A stretch of DNA of 62,898 bases, the filler included, from Octopus bimaculoides (lineage: Eukaryota): the NCBI RefSeq assembly GCF_001194135.2. It is 4 parts of 4 records of this genome, joined end to end, with 100 filler letters (N's around TTAATTAATTAA, not from the genome) between each part and the next. Parts side by side here need not be neighbours in the genome. Positions count along the whole stretch, not along the records: positions 1 to 21,345 come from NW_026333608.1; positions 21,446 to 33,768 come from NC_068985.1; 2 more parts are not named here. One strand, 5' to 3'. The position numbers were made by a program, and so were the translations under genes. Position 1 is the first letter of the stretch; each line of letters begins with the position of its first letter. Below, piece by piece: positions 11,556-23,657 of this stretch. The notes below the pieces were generated by a model that saw only the letters and a list, made by a program, of their open reading frames with translations, ran no database searches and was not told the DNA's origin.

Positions 11556-12370
11556 AAACACAAGCAAGCACGCATAAGCATTCGCGATACGAACACGCAC
11601 TTGAGTACGTTTCAATGTGTGTATATAATATGCGCATTACTTCGTTAAAAATTGGCACACTAAAAGGGTGTAGAGTCACACGCACTTATAAACATTTCCC
11701 ACCAACGGTTTCAGATATCAATGTTTACAGTGTTACCCTTGCACAGCAGGTACGCGTGTAGAGTCTCGCTGTCTTTCTCTCTCTGTAATATATATTACAA
11801 ATTTCTTTATACTACGCGTGTGTATACTTTGCAAGCACATACATACATACACTCATACATGCCACTGAAAATGTTTTGCATGAATGTTATATGCACATAT
11901 CCACTTAACCTCAGAGTGTATATATGTTCAAACAGAAACGAGAGACAATCGCCAGTAGTAATTAAAATACTAATTATATTATAGGCTAATTCATTAAACT
12001 ACCCCACTCCATATATATGGGGTAGTTATATATATCTATATATATATATATATACATACATATATATACACATACACATACATACATACACATACATACA
12101 TATACATACATACACATACACATACATACATACACATACATGCATATATACATACATACATATATACATACATACATATATACATACATACATATATACA
12201 TACATACATATACATACATATACATACATACATATATATACATACATATACATACATACATATACATACATATACATACATACATATATATACATACATA
12301 CATATATATACATACATACATATATATACATACATACATATATATACATACATACATATATATACATACA
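11160..12370. repeat. Compound (TA)n/(TATG)n/(CA)n microsatellites and a TACA-rich minisatellite
   Basis: Directly visible; these produce the spurious YI/MYV ORFs in the ORF track. Confidence 0.9.
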
Positions 12371-15300
12371 NNNNNNNNNNNNNNNNNNNNNNNNNNNNNN
12401 NNNNNNNNNNNNNNNNNNNNNNNNNNNNNNNNNNNNNNNNNNNNNNNNNNNNNNNNNNNNNNNNNNNNNNNNNNNNNNNNNNNNNNNNNNNNNNNNNNNN
12501 NNNNNNNNNNNNNNNNNNNNNNNNNNNNNNNNNNNNNNNNNNNNNNNNNNNNNNNNNNNNNNNNNNNNNNNNNNNNNNNNNNNNNNNNNNNNNNNNNNNN
12601 NNNNNNNNNNNNNNNNNNNNNNNNNNNNNNNNNNNNNNNNNNNNNNNNNNNNNNNNNNNNNNNNNNNNNNNNNNNNNNNNNNNNNNNNNNNNNNNNNNNN
12701 NNNNNNNNNNNNNNNNNNNNNNNNNNNNNNNNNNNNNNNNNNNNNNNNNNNNNNNNNNNNNNNNNNNNNNNNNNNNNNNNNNNNNNNNNNNNNNNNNNNN
12801 NNNNNNNNNNNNNNNNNNNNNNNNNNNNNNNNNNNNNNNNNNNNNNNNNNNNNNNNNNNNNNNNNNNNNNNNNNNNNNNNNNNNNNNNNNNNNNNNNNAT
12901 ATATATATATATATATATATAAGACGAAAAAGCAGAGCCGATGCTGAACGAGTAGCTCGTGCCGTTTAGAATTATTTAAATTAGGGTAAGACTTCAAATT
13001 CACCTTACCCTAATTAAATTATTCTAAATGAATCGAGGTAGTCGTTCTGTCTTGGTTTTGATTTTTCCTGCGATATAAATATATACTTATAACGGAATCC
13101 TAATACGGGTCCCTAGATCCAGCCTCAGCTGTGAACCTGCAACCTAACGGACGGTCCAACAATAGCACTTAGCCAGCGTACCGATTCGTTTAGGTCACAG
13201 GTGAACTGAATCCTTCATATTCCTTTCTATAGATATATGTATGCCTTTCAAATTACAGTAGAGAGGGGCTAACTCGACTGATTACATTTAATCCCACAGT
13301 ATTCAACTGGTACATATTTTATCGAGCCTGAAAGGATGCAAGACAAAGTCGACCCCAGCGGAATTTGAACTCAGACCAAATGCCGTGAAATATTTCGTCC
13401 GGCGTGCTAACCCTTTTTGCCAGCTCGCTACATTCACACACACACACACACTTTAACTAGATTTAAACTTTCTACAGACATAATGAATGATAGTTTTTAT
13501 TCGGCAGAAGTTATAAAGTGACTCGAGAGCCGAAAGTGTCGTCCATGGCTCTTAGTAAACGCACACACATACAGAGACATACGTACACACATACATTTAC
13601 TCATATACAGATTTATTAAAGCAGTAGATATATTTGGGCCCCAGCAGATCTGCTTATCTCCCTAAAAACGAATCCCTCCACCCAATTAAAACAAGGCCCT
13701 GCTTTCATTAATTAAACAAGTGTAATGAGGTTTCGGTTATTAGATTGCGGCCATACTGGGGAACAGCTTTGAAGTTCTTCGTCAAATAGACACCAGCACT
13801 ATTTCTTTTTCTGAGGTCATTCTGCTAAGCTGCTATAGGATGAAAATAAAACAACATCGGCTGTCAGGTAGGATGTGTAAACAGCCAACCGGGCTTCTTT
13901 TAGTTTCCGTCTGCCAAATCCACTTGCCCAAGGTGCCATGCAGTGGGACTGAACCCGGGATTAGAAAGTCGGAAAGAAAACTTACAACACACCCATGCCT
14001 GGACTAATTACCACATACTCCACATACTTTTGATTATAATTAAATTCATTTGGGGAAAATAAAAATTAAAAAAAATTTGTCTAAAACTAGTGATTTTAAA
14101 TAAAATATGAAAAAGACTTTAGGATTTGAGGTGGAGCCTTTTTTTTAATAGAATTTTGCCCAGCCTGACCAAACATCCAATTAACAGAAATTAATAAGGG
14201 CAGTGCTTGTGTGTGTGTGTGTGTGTGTCCACACATACATATCTGTCTAATATATGGCAACTGGAAACAGCTGTAAGCCAATTTTACATCAATAACGGAG
14301 TATGTAATAACCATTATTTTAAACTGGTTTCTTATATATATATATGTATATATATACACACACACACATATCTATCTATACATACATATCTATCTATACA
14401 TACATATCTATCTATACATACATATATACACACACGCATCTATCTATATACACACACAGACACACATATTCCGACTGTTTTCATTTTATAAAACTATTTT
14501 TCTGAAGTGTATAAATNNNNNNNNNNNNNNNNNNNNNNNNNNNNNNNNNNNNNNNNNNNNNNNNNNNNNNNNNNNNNNNNNNNNNNNNNNNNNNNNNNNN
14601 NNNNNNNNNNNNNNNNNNNNNNNNNNNNNNNNNNNNNNNNNNNNNNNNNNNNNNNNNNNNNNNNNNNNNNNNNNNNNNNNNNNNNNNNNNNNNNNNNNNN
14701 NNNNNNNNNNNNNNNNNNNNNNNNNNNNNNNNNNNNNNNNNNNNNNNNNNNNNNNNNNNNNNNNNNNNNNNNNNNNNNNNNNNNNNNNNNNNNNNNNNNN
14801 NNNNNNNNNNNNNNNNNNNNNNNNNNNNNNNNNNNNNNNNNNNNNNNNNNNNNNNNNNNNNNNNNNNNNNNNNNNNNNNNNNNNNNNNNNNNNNNNNNNN
14901 NNNNNNNNNNNNNNNNNNNNNNNNNNNNNNNNNNNNNNNNNNNNNNNNNNNNNNNNNNNNNNNNNNNNNNNNNNNNNNNNNNNNNNNNNNNNNNNNNNNN
15001 NNNNNNNNNNNNNNNNNNNNNNNNNNNNNNNNNNNNNNNNNNNNNNNNNNNNNNNNNNNNNNNNNNNNNNNNNNNNNNNNNNNNNNNNNNNNNNNNNNNN
15101 NNNNNNNNNNNNNNNNNNNNNNNNNNNNNNNNNNNNNNNNNNNNNNNNNNNNNNNNNNNNNNNNNNNNNNNNNNNNNNNNNNNNNNNNNNNNNNNNNNNN
15201 NNNNNNNNNNNNNNNNNNNNNNNNNNNNNNNNNNNNNNNNNNNNNNNNNNNNNNNNNNNNNNNNNNNNNNNNNNNNNNNNNNNNNNNNNNNNNNNNNNNN

Positions 15301-15429
15301 NNNNNNNNNNNNNNNNTATCTGTCTAATATATGGCAACTGGAAACAGCTGTAAGCCAATTTTACATCAATAACGGAGTATGTAATAACCATTATTTTAAA
15401 CTGGTTTCTTATATATATATATGTATATA

Positions 15430-15479
15430 TATACACACACACACATTTTATAGATACATACGTATATATATATATATAC

Positions 15480-15510
<31 letters not shown>

Positions 15511-15520
15511 AGATACATAC

Positions 15521-15556
<36 letters not shown>

Positions 15557-15682
15557 TTTATAGATACATAGGTATATATATACACATACACATATATATA
15601 TACACACACNNNNNNNNNNGATACATAGGTATATATATACACATACACATATATATATACACACACATTTTAGATACATACG

Positions 15683-15713
<31 letters not shown>

Positions 15714-15770
15714 TTTATAGATACATACGTATATATATATATATACACAAACATTTTATAGATACATACG

Positions 15771-15806
<36 letters not shown>

Positions 15807-15823
15807 TTATAGATACATACGTG

Positions 15824-15855
<32 letters not shown>

Positions 15856-15867
15856 TTTTATAGATAC

Positions 15868-15934
<67 letters not shown>

Positions 15935-15946
15935 TTTTATAGATAC

Positions 15947-15987
<41 letters not shown>

Positions 15988-16015
15988 TTTTATAGATACA
16001 TATGTACATATACAC
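15430..16015. repeat. Compound minisatellite: (TA)n-(CA)n-ttttatagatacatacg units
   Basis: About 10 units of cattttatagatacatacg separated by variable TA/CA runs. Confidence 0.9.
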
Positions 16016-16224
16016 GCGCGTGCGCGCGTGTAGTAAGGAAAGTGAATGAGTGACAGCCACCATTATCGAGGGTTTCATAATCACGTAGGCAACAATGTTG
16101 GATCGATCAGAGGATGGCTATCGCACACATTGACATATATAAAGAGATACACATAGACATATAAAGAGATACACGGACACACACACATACACATCTAATG
16201 ACGTAGTGTGTAGGCAGTAAGTGG

Positions 16225-16780
16225 TGTCAGCAGCAGTTGAAAGATGGGAGGAGAGTGAGAGGAATCAAAGAAGAAAGAGAGAGTAAGCAAAAGGAGACAT
16301 TGTGAATAGAGTGAGGGTGAGAAATATAGGGAGAAAGAGATTCAGGGTATGGAGAGAGGAGGAAGAAGTGAGGGAGTGAGCAAAAGGAAGATATATTAAA
16401 TAGAGTGAGAGTGTGGAGAACGCAAAGGAGAGAGGAGGAAAGAAGTGAGAGAGTGATAAAGAGAATGTAAGCAGAAGGGAGAAATATAAATATGGCGACA
16501 GAAATACATTGGAAGAGAGGGAGAGGGAGAGAGGCTACGAGTGTAAGGACGAATAGAGAGAGTGATGATGAAAGAGGGGGGGAATGACAAACTGAGAGAG
16601 AAAGAAAGGTAGAAAAGAGAGAAACAGAAAGGAAGGTGAACAAGCGAAAAAGAGAGTAAAGTCAGAGAGGGGAGGGAGAAAGTATATGAAACAGAGGGAG
16701 GGTGAGAGCATAAGACAAAATGAGAGAGAGGGGAAAACAGAATAACTAGAGACAAGAGAGAGAGAGGAAAATGAAGGGGA
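16225..16780. repeat. Purine-rich (GA-rich) low-complexity tract
   Basis: About 550 bp almost devoid of pyrimidines on the + strand. Confidence 0.8.
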
Positions 16781-17094
16781 GGTGATATTGTAACTGCATT
16801 AAAAATTGCGGGGTGAAGTATCGATGCCCGCCCCCAAAGGTTCTCTCATACCAAAGGCGCAAGACCACGTAGCTATGAATGATGGACACCACATCACACA
16901 GCAGAGCCACATCAAGACTTAAATCGCGAAATGAGAAAGTTTTCCACAAGGTCGCACGGCTTGCTAGAAATAGCAACTAAATCATACCTCAGTGGTTTAA
17001 AAATACGGTAGGACACATTAGATAATGTGGTCCTAGATAAACTTTGACTGAAAAAAATGGAACGATCGCTTAACTACTATTCTATATATTAAAT

Positions 17095-17332
17095 CAGTGG
17101 TTCTCAATCATTTTTTTTTTTCATCTATGGCCTCCTTCGATTACTATTTCACTCTCTCTGGTGGACCCCCCCCCCCCCAGCCATTCAATGTTTTATAGAA
17201 ACTTCTTTCAAAATTCCCATTTTGTTTTTCACATTAATTTTTAACTTGCGGAGATCGAATGTATGAAATATTAAGCAACGTTTTTTCAGAAGACCTTAAA
17301 ATCTGATATTGGACCCCAGTTGAGAAGCACTG
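17095..17332. mobile_element. hAT (Charlie-like) non-autonomous element, copy 1
   Basis: TIRs cagtggttctcaa / ttgagaagcactg; interior homologous to 46813-47131; no clear TSD. Confidence 0.7.
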
Positions 17333-17639
17333 CATAACAGTTCCAGGTACACTGTCAGAATACCAGTTAAATACTGTGCGGGTGGCACATAAAAGACACC
17401 ATTTCGAGCGATGCCCCAGCATGGCCGCGGTCCTCGAACTGACACAAGCGAACAATAACGTTGAGATATTGCAGAGGAACGATTTAGGAAACAAGTTATC
17501 TCCCTTGGTATGATCGAAGCCAAGAGGATGGACGTGTGTGTGTGTGTGTGTGTGTGTGTATGATATGACTAGTGTTTTTTAAGAGAGACCCGAGTAATAT
17601 ATTGCGATTGGAGGATGCTTTGAGTCCTGTGTGTCATGT

Positions 17640-17950
17640 GATAGTCAATGAGTGTTGGTGGAGAAATGATGGAGACACATCACCAACACAAGAATGGCAG
17701 CAGTTGGCCGTTGACAGTGACAAGCTAGTCACAGATGGCTAAGAGGAAGAGACAGGGTGACAAAACGATACCTTGCAGTACACCACTGATGAACAGAAAG
17801 AGCTCTGTAAACACGTGTGGTGTTAGCACAATCTCTAACAGGATGGGACCACTTTAAGTAACACTGGTTTAATACCACCAGGTACCTACAGTTGAGCCTG
17901 CTGTGTTACAAGCATTCTGGTCAAGGTGTGTCCAGTTCAGAGCTAGCCTT
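17640..17950 (-). pseudogene. Degenerate non-LTR retrotransposon reverse transcriptase fragment
   Basis: Minus-strand translation SGVLQGIVLSPCLFLLAICD (about 17790-17728) matches the RT motif GV(P/R)QG.VLSP.LF; flanks are interrupted by stops. Confidence 0.45.
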
Positions 17951-17955
17951 TCTCT

Positions 17956-18734
17956 GGATCTTTTTGGTTTGACAGGCAACATTTTTCATTTATGTTTTTG
18001 GTACCGAAACACTTTCAAACTTCGAATACTTGTATATTTTGTGTTATAGAACAGATAAGAAATTTTGTATTCGAAGTTATTTCATGTAAAAAATTGTCGT
18101 ATTTCGGTAATTTCAACCAATCACTGACGTCTACTGAGGTGAAAACAATTACGCCGTGGAATGTAAACAACGGTATTACGGGATCTTTTCCCTTGAATAA
18201 AATTAGTACCGTTGTTTGTCAACAACAACTATCAGCGGTATATATTTCGTTTGTCACTGTTATTTATGACATAGTTCGTGCGTTTGTACTGGTTTTAGCT
18301 TTAGGGTTTTAGGGTTAGGGTTCGGGTTTTAGAGTTAGGGTTAGTTTTAGGATTACGGTTAGGGTTATGATTATTTTTGCCATAACCTCACACATAACCC
18401 TAACCCTAACTCTAAAACCCGAACCCTAACCCTAAAACCCTAAACCCTTACTAAAGAATAATGATATAATTAAACAGGGAATAACACACTTGACACCGGC
18501 AAAAATTTATTGTTTATAAAAACAGTAGTAACTGTATTCAGCTGAATAGACGTCAGTGATAGGTTGAAATTACAGAAATACGACAACTTTAACATGAAAT
18601 AACTTGCGATGTACAATTTTTTGGTGAGAAGGCTAAGAGAAAAAGTTATTTTATATGACACATTCTACCAGTGTCCCAAGTTTGAAAGTGTTTCGCTAAG
18701 AAAACAAGTGTTGCCCGTCAAACCAAAAAGATCC
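17956..18734. mobile_element. Merlin-like foldback non-autonomous DNA transposon, copy 1, with internal telomere-like repeats
   Basis: TIR ggatctttttggtttgacaggcaaca / tgttgcccgtcaaaccaaaaagatcc; perfect 8-bp TSD ctttctct (17948-17955 and 18735-18742). GG termini with an 8-bp TSD fit the Merlin superfamily. Confidence 0.8.
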
Positions 18735-20165
18735 CTTTCTCTCTCTAAGGTAGGAGAGATTTTGGCATTACTGATTCGATGTTGATTTATATGATGGCAA
18801 ATATGTTCAATTGATTGCAACACCCGTCTCTTTCTGTTTCTGTGTGTCATCATCGTTTAACGTCCGCCCTCCATGCTGGCATGGGTTGGACAGCTTGACA
18901 GAAGCTGGCCAGGCAGGAGCCTACACTAGACATTTTCTGTCTGTTTTGGCACAGTTTTTACGGGCAGATGCCCTTCATAACACCAACCACCCAGCAGAGA
19001 GGACAGAGTGCTGCTAACGTGGCACAAGCATGTATATATATCATTTAACGTCTGCCCTCCATGCTGGCATGGGTTGAACAGTTCGACAGGAGCCTGCATC
19101 AGACTTCTGTATCTATTTTGGCAGAGTTTTTACAGCTGGATGCCCTTCCTAATACCGACCACCCAGCAAGATGGACTGAGTGCTTTTTACATGGCACAAG
19201 CACAGGCAAGGATATTTCTTTTTATGCATATGAGAGGGAAAATGCATATCTCATTCAGGTTCAACTGCTTGGTTGGTATGAGGAAAGGCATCCAGCTGTA
19301 GAAAGCATTCCGAAACAGACGACTGGAGCCTGGTGCAACCTCCAGCTTTATCAGTTCCTGTCAAACCATCCAACGCATGCCAGCATGGAAAATAAACCTT
19401 AAATGATGATATCTCTCTCTCTGCATATGTGTGTGTGTGTGTGCGCGCTTCTAGTGCTAAACAGTACTGTTGCTAAAACAGGCTGAATGTCCAGTCAGCC
19501 ATGAGAAATCCTAAGCGGTCATGGATACTCTCTTTCCTTATTGACGAAAAGCTAAATGGTTTTATTATCCTATAAATAATGTATTGGAAGGTGGTGTGCG
19601 ATTACCCAAAATGGAGTGGTACCTAGACGGACTATGGCGTACGAGTGAACCGCAGTGAACTCATACCTAGACACCTAGGTGGACTGCGATTCACGAGTTT
19701 TGACCTTCACTTTTCCAGGCTTGGATGGAATTTTCTGAAGTAGATTTTCTGTCACTAGACGCCATTCGTTTCACCAACAGTCACCTGCTTCCAAGAAAGC
19801 TAATATTCCCCATGGTCAGGCATATTTTTGCAGAATCAAATGATGTCAAGACAAGGACACACACAAATACAGATCTCTGTCCAGTGCCACTTTGGAATGT
19901 GATCTACAATTTAAAGGGAGATTACTTTCGGTTTACTTTGTGCTAGTATTATTTTGCCAAGTGATCTACAAGAGCAAATCTACTTTGGCCAGTGATCTGG
20001 TGCTTATTTTAATTATTATGTGGTTTCTCATTATCAAAATAGTAAAGGCGGCAAACTGGCAGAATTGTTCGCACGCCAGGCAAAATGCCTAGCTGTATTT
20101 CGTCTGCTGTTACGTTCAAAATTTGGCTGCTATTTCTAACAATTGAAACAAAATCTGCAAATTTA

Positions 20166-20388
20166 CCCTTTTGATACAAACCCTGCTAAAACCGGCTCTG
20201 GCTCTGTTATACAAATGTCTTGCTTTCATAAGTTTTGAATTAATATCTTCCACCGAACCTTAGTCACAATTTATGTTCCTAACACCAGCTGAATGATAAC
20301 GAAGTTATTTTACTAAATTCTTTGTTATATTGAAAATTAATTGAAAGAATCACAGAGCATCTCAACAGAAATATGGTAACAAATAAGG
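20166..20388. mobile_element. piggyBac-type MITE, copy 1 (more degenerate)
   Basis: ttta-ccctttt ... aataagg-ttaa; interior nearly identical to 20473-20694. Confidence 0.65.
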
Positions 20389-20472
20389 TTAAAGACAGTC
20401 AGTCAAATGTGCCTTCAATTTGCACAAGATTTGGCTGCTATTTCTAACAAGTGAAACAAATCTGCAAATTAA

Positions 20473-20694
20473 CCCTTTCGTTACCAACCTGGCTGAAACT
20501 GGCTCTGGCTTTGTATTACAAATGTCTTGTTTTCATAAGTTCTGAATTAAAATCTTCCACCAAACTTTAGTCACAATTTATGTTCCTAACACCAGCTGAA
20601 TGATAACGAAGTTATTTTACTAAATTCTTTGTTATATTTAAAATTAATTGAAAGAATCACAGAACATCTCAACAGAAATACAGTAACGAATGGG
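20473..20694. mobile_element. piggyBac-type MITE, copy 2
   Basis: TTAA-ccctttcgttac ... gtaacgaatggg-TTAA: TTAA target site with CCC/GGG termini. Confidence 0.8.
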
Positions 20695-21069
20695 TTAATA
20701 CACAAGGGTTAATATTCATGAATGAAAGGGTCATTGATCCAGTATTTAAAGTTGGTAACCCAAGCTCGTTTTTGCTTAAAATATGAGATGTAATCAGAAG
20801 GCATCAACACTGGTGCAATAAAAAGAAAACTACACAATTTAGCATTTAATCTCCTTCAAAGTAGACCCCTTCTGAAGCCACACAATTTATCCAGTTTCAT
20901 TTTAGGACTTCATTCAAAATATTCCCTTTTCATATTCACACTTATAGCAGCAGTCCTTAGCTTTTTCTAAACCCTGTAAAAGAATTTGGAAGAACTTCTA
21001 CCAGACCTTTTGTGATACCCTTAAAGTTAGGAACTTTTCAATACCCCACTCATATATATGTATGTATGT

Positions 21070-21345
21070 GTGGAGGCGCAATGGCCCAGTGGTTAGGGCA
21101 GCGGACTCATGGTCATAGGATCGCAGTTTCGATTCCCAGACCGGGCGTTGTGAGTGTTTATTGAGCGAAAACACCTAAAGCTCCACGAGGCTCCGGCAGG
21201 GGTTGGTGGCGAACCCTGCTGTACTCTTCCACCACAACTTTCTCTCACTCTTACTTCCTGTTTCTGTTGTACCTGTATTTTCAAAGGGTCAGCCTTGTCA
21301 CACTGTGTCACGCTGAATATCCCCCGAGAACTACGTTAACAGTAC
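21070..21345 (+). mobile_element. tRNA-headed SINE, truncated by a gap
   Basis: A-box tggcccagtgg and B-box gtttcgattcc; the 3' block gccttgtcacactgtgtcacgctgaatatccccgagaac is shared with the minus-strand SINE at 46066-46365. Confidence 0.75.
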
Positions 21346-21445
21346 NNNNNNNNNNNNNNNNNNNNNNNNNNNNNNNNNNNNNNNNNNNNTTAATTAATTA
21401 ANNNNNNNNNNNNNNNNNNNNNNNNNNNNNNNNNNNNNNNNNNNN

Positions 21446-23655
21446 CATATACACACATTTATATTAACACACACACAAACATCTAAATGTTTACTTATAT
21501 TATTTTAAAAATAAAAATACATCTACACAAATATGTTCCCATACTTATTCACAAGTACACTCATATATGAATATATAAACAGACCTATGTGTTAATAAAT
21601 ACATTTTTACACAAAAATGTACATACATCCAAAAAAATCATGCGTAAATGCATATTTATATATTTTTAAAAAAATAATATTGATAAGAGTAAAAACAAGG
21701 GTAAGAGTGAAAATATAAATGATAATGCGTATATGTACACAGCAAAATCAATTAAAACACCTCTATTTTATACAAAACCCTAAATATGTATGCACAGACA
21801 CACACATATATATATATCCACATTTTCTCTCACAGATATACGCGTATATATAAAAACACCCATACCGGTATGTTCATACGTACATAAATTTAGTATGTTA
21901 TGGTTGTTACAAGGGTTTATCAAGATTTAAAATATACTCTAATTAAGGTTAATAAATTACGAAAGTATAGATAAATAATTAGAATCGTAAATAATTTTAA
22001 TCTTCTAACCTTTGAAGGAAAAACTAATATGTTTTATTAGAACTATTTTAAGAATTTACTTATTACGGGTAAATATGATAGCGTTTTATAAAAACCTTTA
22101 TTGTTATTTGAATGCAGAAGATGTATGTTTTTGCGAGTGTAAGAATGTTCTATGAAAGTATTTACCAGATTATTCTTTGAAAATAAAATAAAAAGGAATT
22201 CTGTTACACAGAGATCGCAGAATTTTCAGAAATAGAAAGAATAAGCCAGTCTAGTTTAAATTTAATGTTATTATCTTTAAGATCCCAAATTAGTTTGCTA
22301 AGGCTCGTGGTATTACGTTTCCTTCTATCTCTAAAGGATGAAAAATGGTTAGAAATTCTAGTGGATAAAGGTGTAGAGGAAGAACCTACATAAAAGTGAG
22401 TATTGTGGGGAGTACTAACTTGACGTTGGTAGATAGTGTTTCTGAGTCTCACATTTTCACTTAAAAAACTAATTCTTTTGGAATTGACTTCTGAAATAAT
22501 GATTTTGTTGTTATGACTATTACTATTATGTGTCGTGTTATTAATATTGTTCCCTATATTATNNNNNNNNNNNNNNNNNNNNNNNNNNNNNNNNNNNNNN
22601 NNNNNNNNNNNNNNNNNNNNNNNNNNNNNNNNNNNNNNNNNNNNNNNNNNNNNNNNNNNNNNNNNNNNNNNNNNNNNNNNNNNNNNNNNNNNNNNNNNNN
22701 NNNNNNNNNNNNNNNNNNNNNNNNNNNNNNNNNNNNNNNNNNNNNNNNNNNNNNNNNNNNNNNNNNNNNNNNNNNNNNNNNNNNNNNNNNNNNNNNNNNN
22801 NNNNNNNNNNNNNNNNNNNNNNNNNNNNNNNNNNNNNNNNNNNNNNNNNNNNNNNNNNNNNNNNNNNNNNNNNNNNNNNNNNNNNNNNNNNNNNNNNNNN
22901 NNNNNNNNNNNNNNNNNNNNNNNNNNNNNNNNNNNNNNNNNNNNNNNNNNNNNNNNNNNNNNNNNNNNNNNNNNNNNNNNNNNNNNNNNNNNNNNNNNNN
23001 NNNNNNNNNNNNNNNNNNNNNNNNNNNNNNNNNNNNNNNNNNNNNNNNNNNNNNNNNNNNNNNNNNNNNNNNNNNNNNNNNNNNNNNNNNNNNNNNNNNN
23101 NNNNNNNNNNNNNNNNNNNNNNNNNNNNNNNNNNNNNNNNNNNNNNNNNNNNNNNNNNNNNNNNNNNNNNNNNNNNNNNNNNNNNNNNTATTGAAGATGC
23201 ATTCATTCGTAGAAAGATTGGATAGTCTAAGAGAAATATTTTTGACCAAATTTCTCGTAACTGAATTTGGATGATTGCTGGATTTACTGATATATTTTAG
23301 GTTAGTGGAGGGTTTGTGATACGGGAATAATGTTTTAGTGTTTAGATCTAAAGTGACGTCCAAGAAGTTAGCTATAGATGTTTCATCTTCAAATACTATA
23401 CCAAAGCCCATTCTGCTAAAAAACCTAGCTAATTTATTTTTAACTTTTTGTATTTTTTGATTTGTGGTGTTCTCTAAGTATAATAGACAATCGTCTCTAT
23501 ATAGACCACCCTTAACATTTGGGAATTGGTCTTCTAATTCGTATAGAATGTATGTGCATATTACGTCAGCTATTTGAGCTGAATCGGAACTTCCCATCGG
23601 GATGTCGAATCCTTCTGGCGTGTCCTTACGTATCCATAGCTTTTATTAAACTTAA
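21446..23655 (-). mobile_element. Penelope-like element, 3' half: RT C-terminus, GIY-YIG endonuclease and 3' UTR (gap 22563-23189)
   Basis: LWIRKDTPEGFDIPMGSSDSAQIAD, LYRDD, FLDVTLDL, PYHKP and SNHP motifs; then IYQRQV...FYVGS, RISNH and a frameshifted CDLCVTEFLFIL. The left limit is set by the gap. Confidence 0.9.
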
Positions 23656-23657
23656 TT

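Noticed and set aside
14238-15450. About 130-bp exact duplication (14238-14370 and 15318-15450) around an 800-N gap
   Set aside because: Identical sequence at facing contig ends is most simply an unmerged overlap or haplotype artefact.
11119-16084. Long ORFs rich in YI/MYV/CV, and X-filled ORFs throughout the track
   Set aside because: They are translations of microsatellites or N gaps.
18300-18448. TTAGGG-like repeats considered as a chromosome fusion scar
   Set aside because: They are short, degenerate and enclosed within a TIR element with an 8-bp TSD that has a second copy in the window.
21390-21402. ttaattaattaa islands between short N runs (also at 33813-33824 and 40332-40343)
   Set aside because: The same 12-mer embedded in similar N padding at three places is most likely a scaffolding or gap-marker artefact, not biology.
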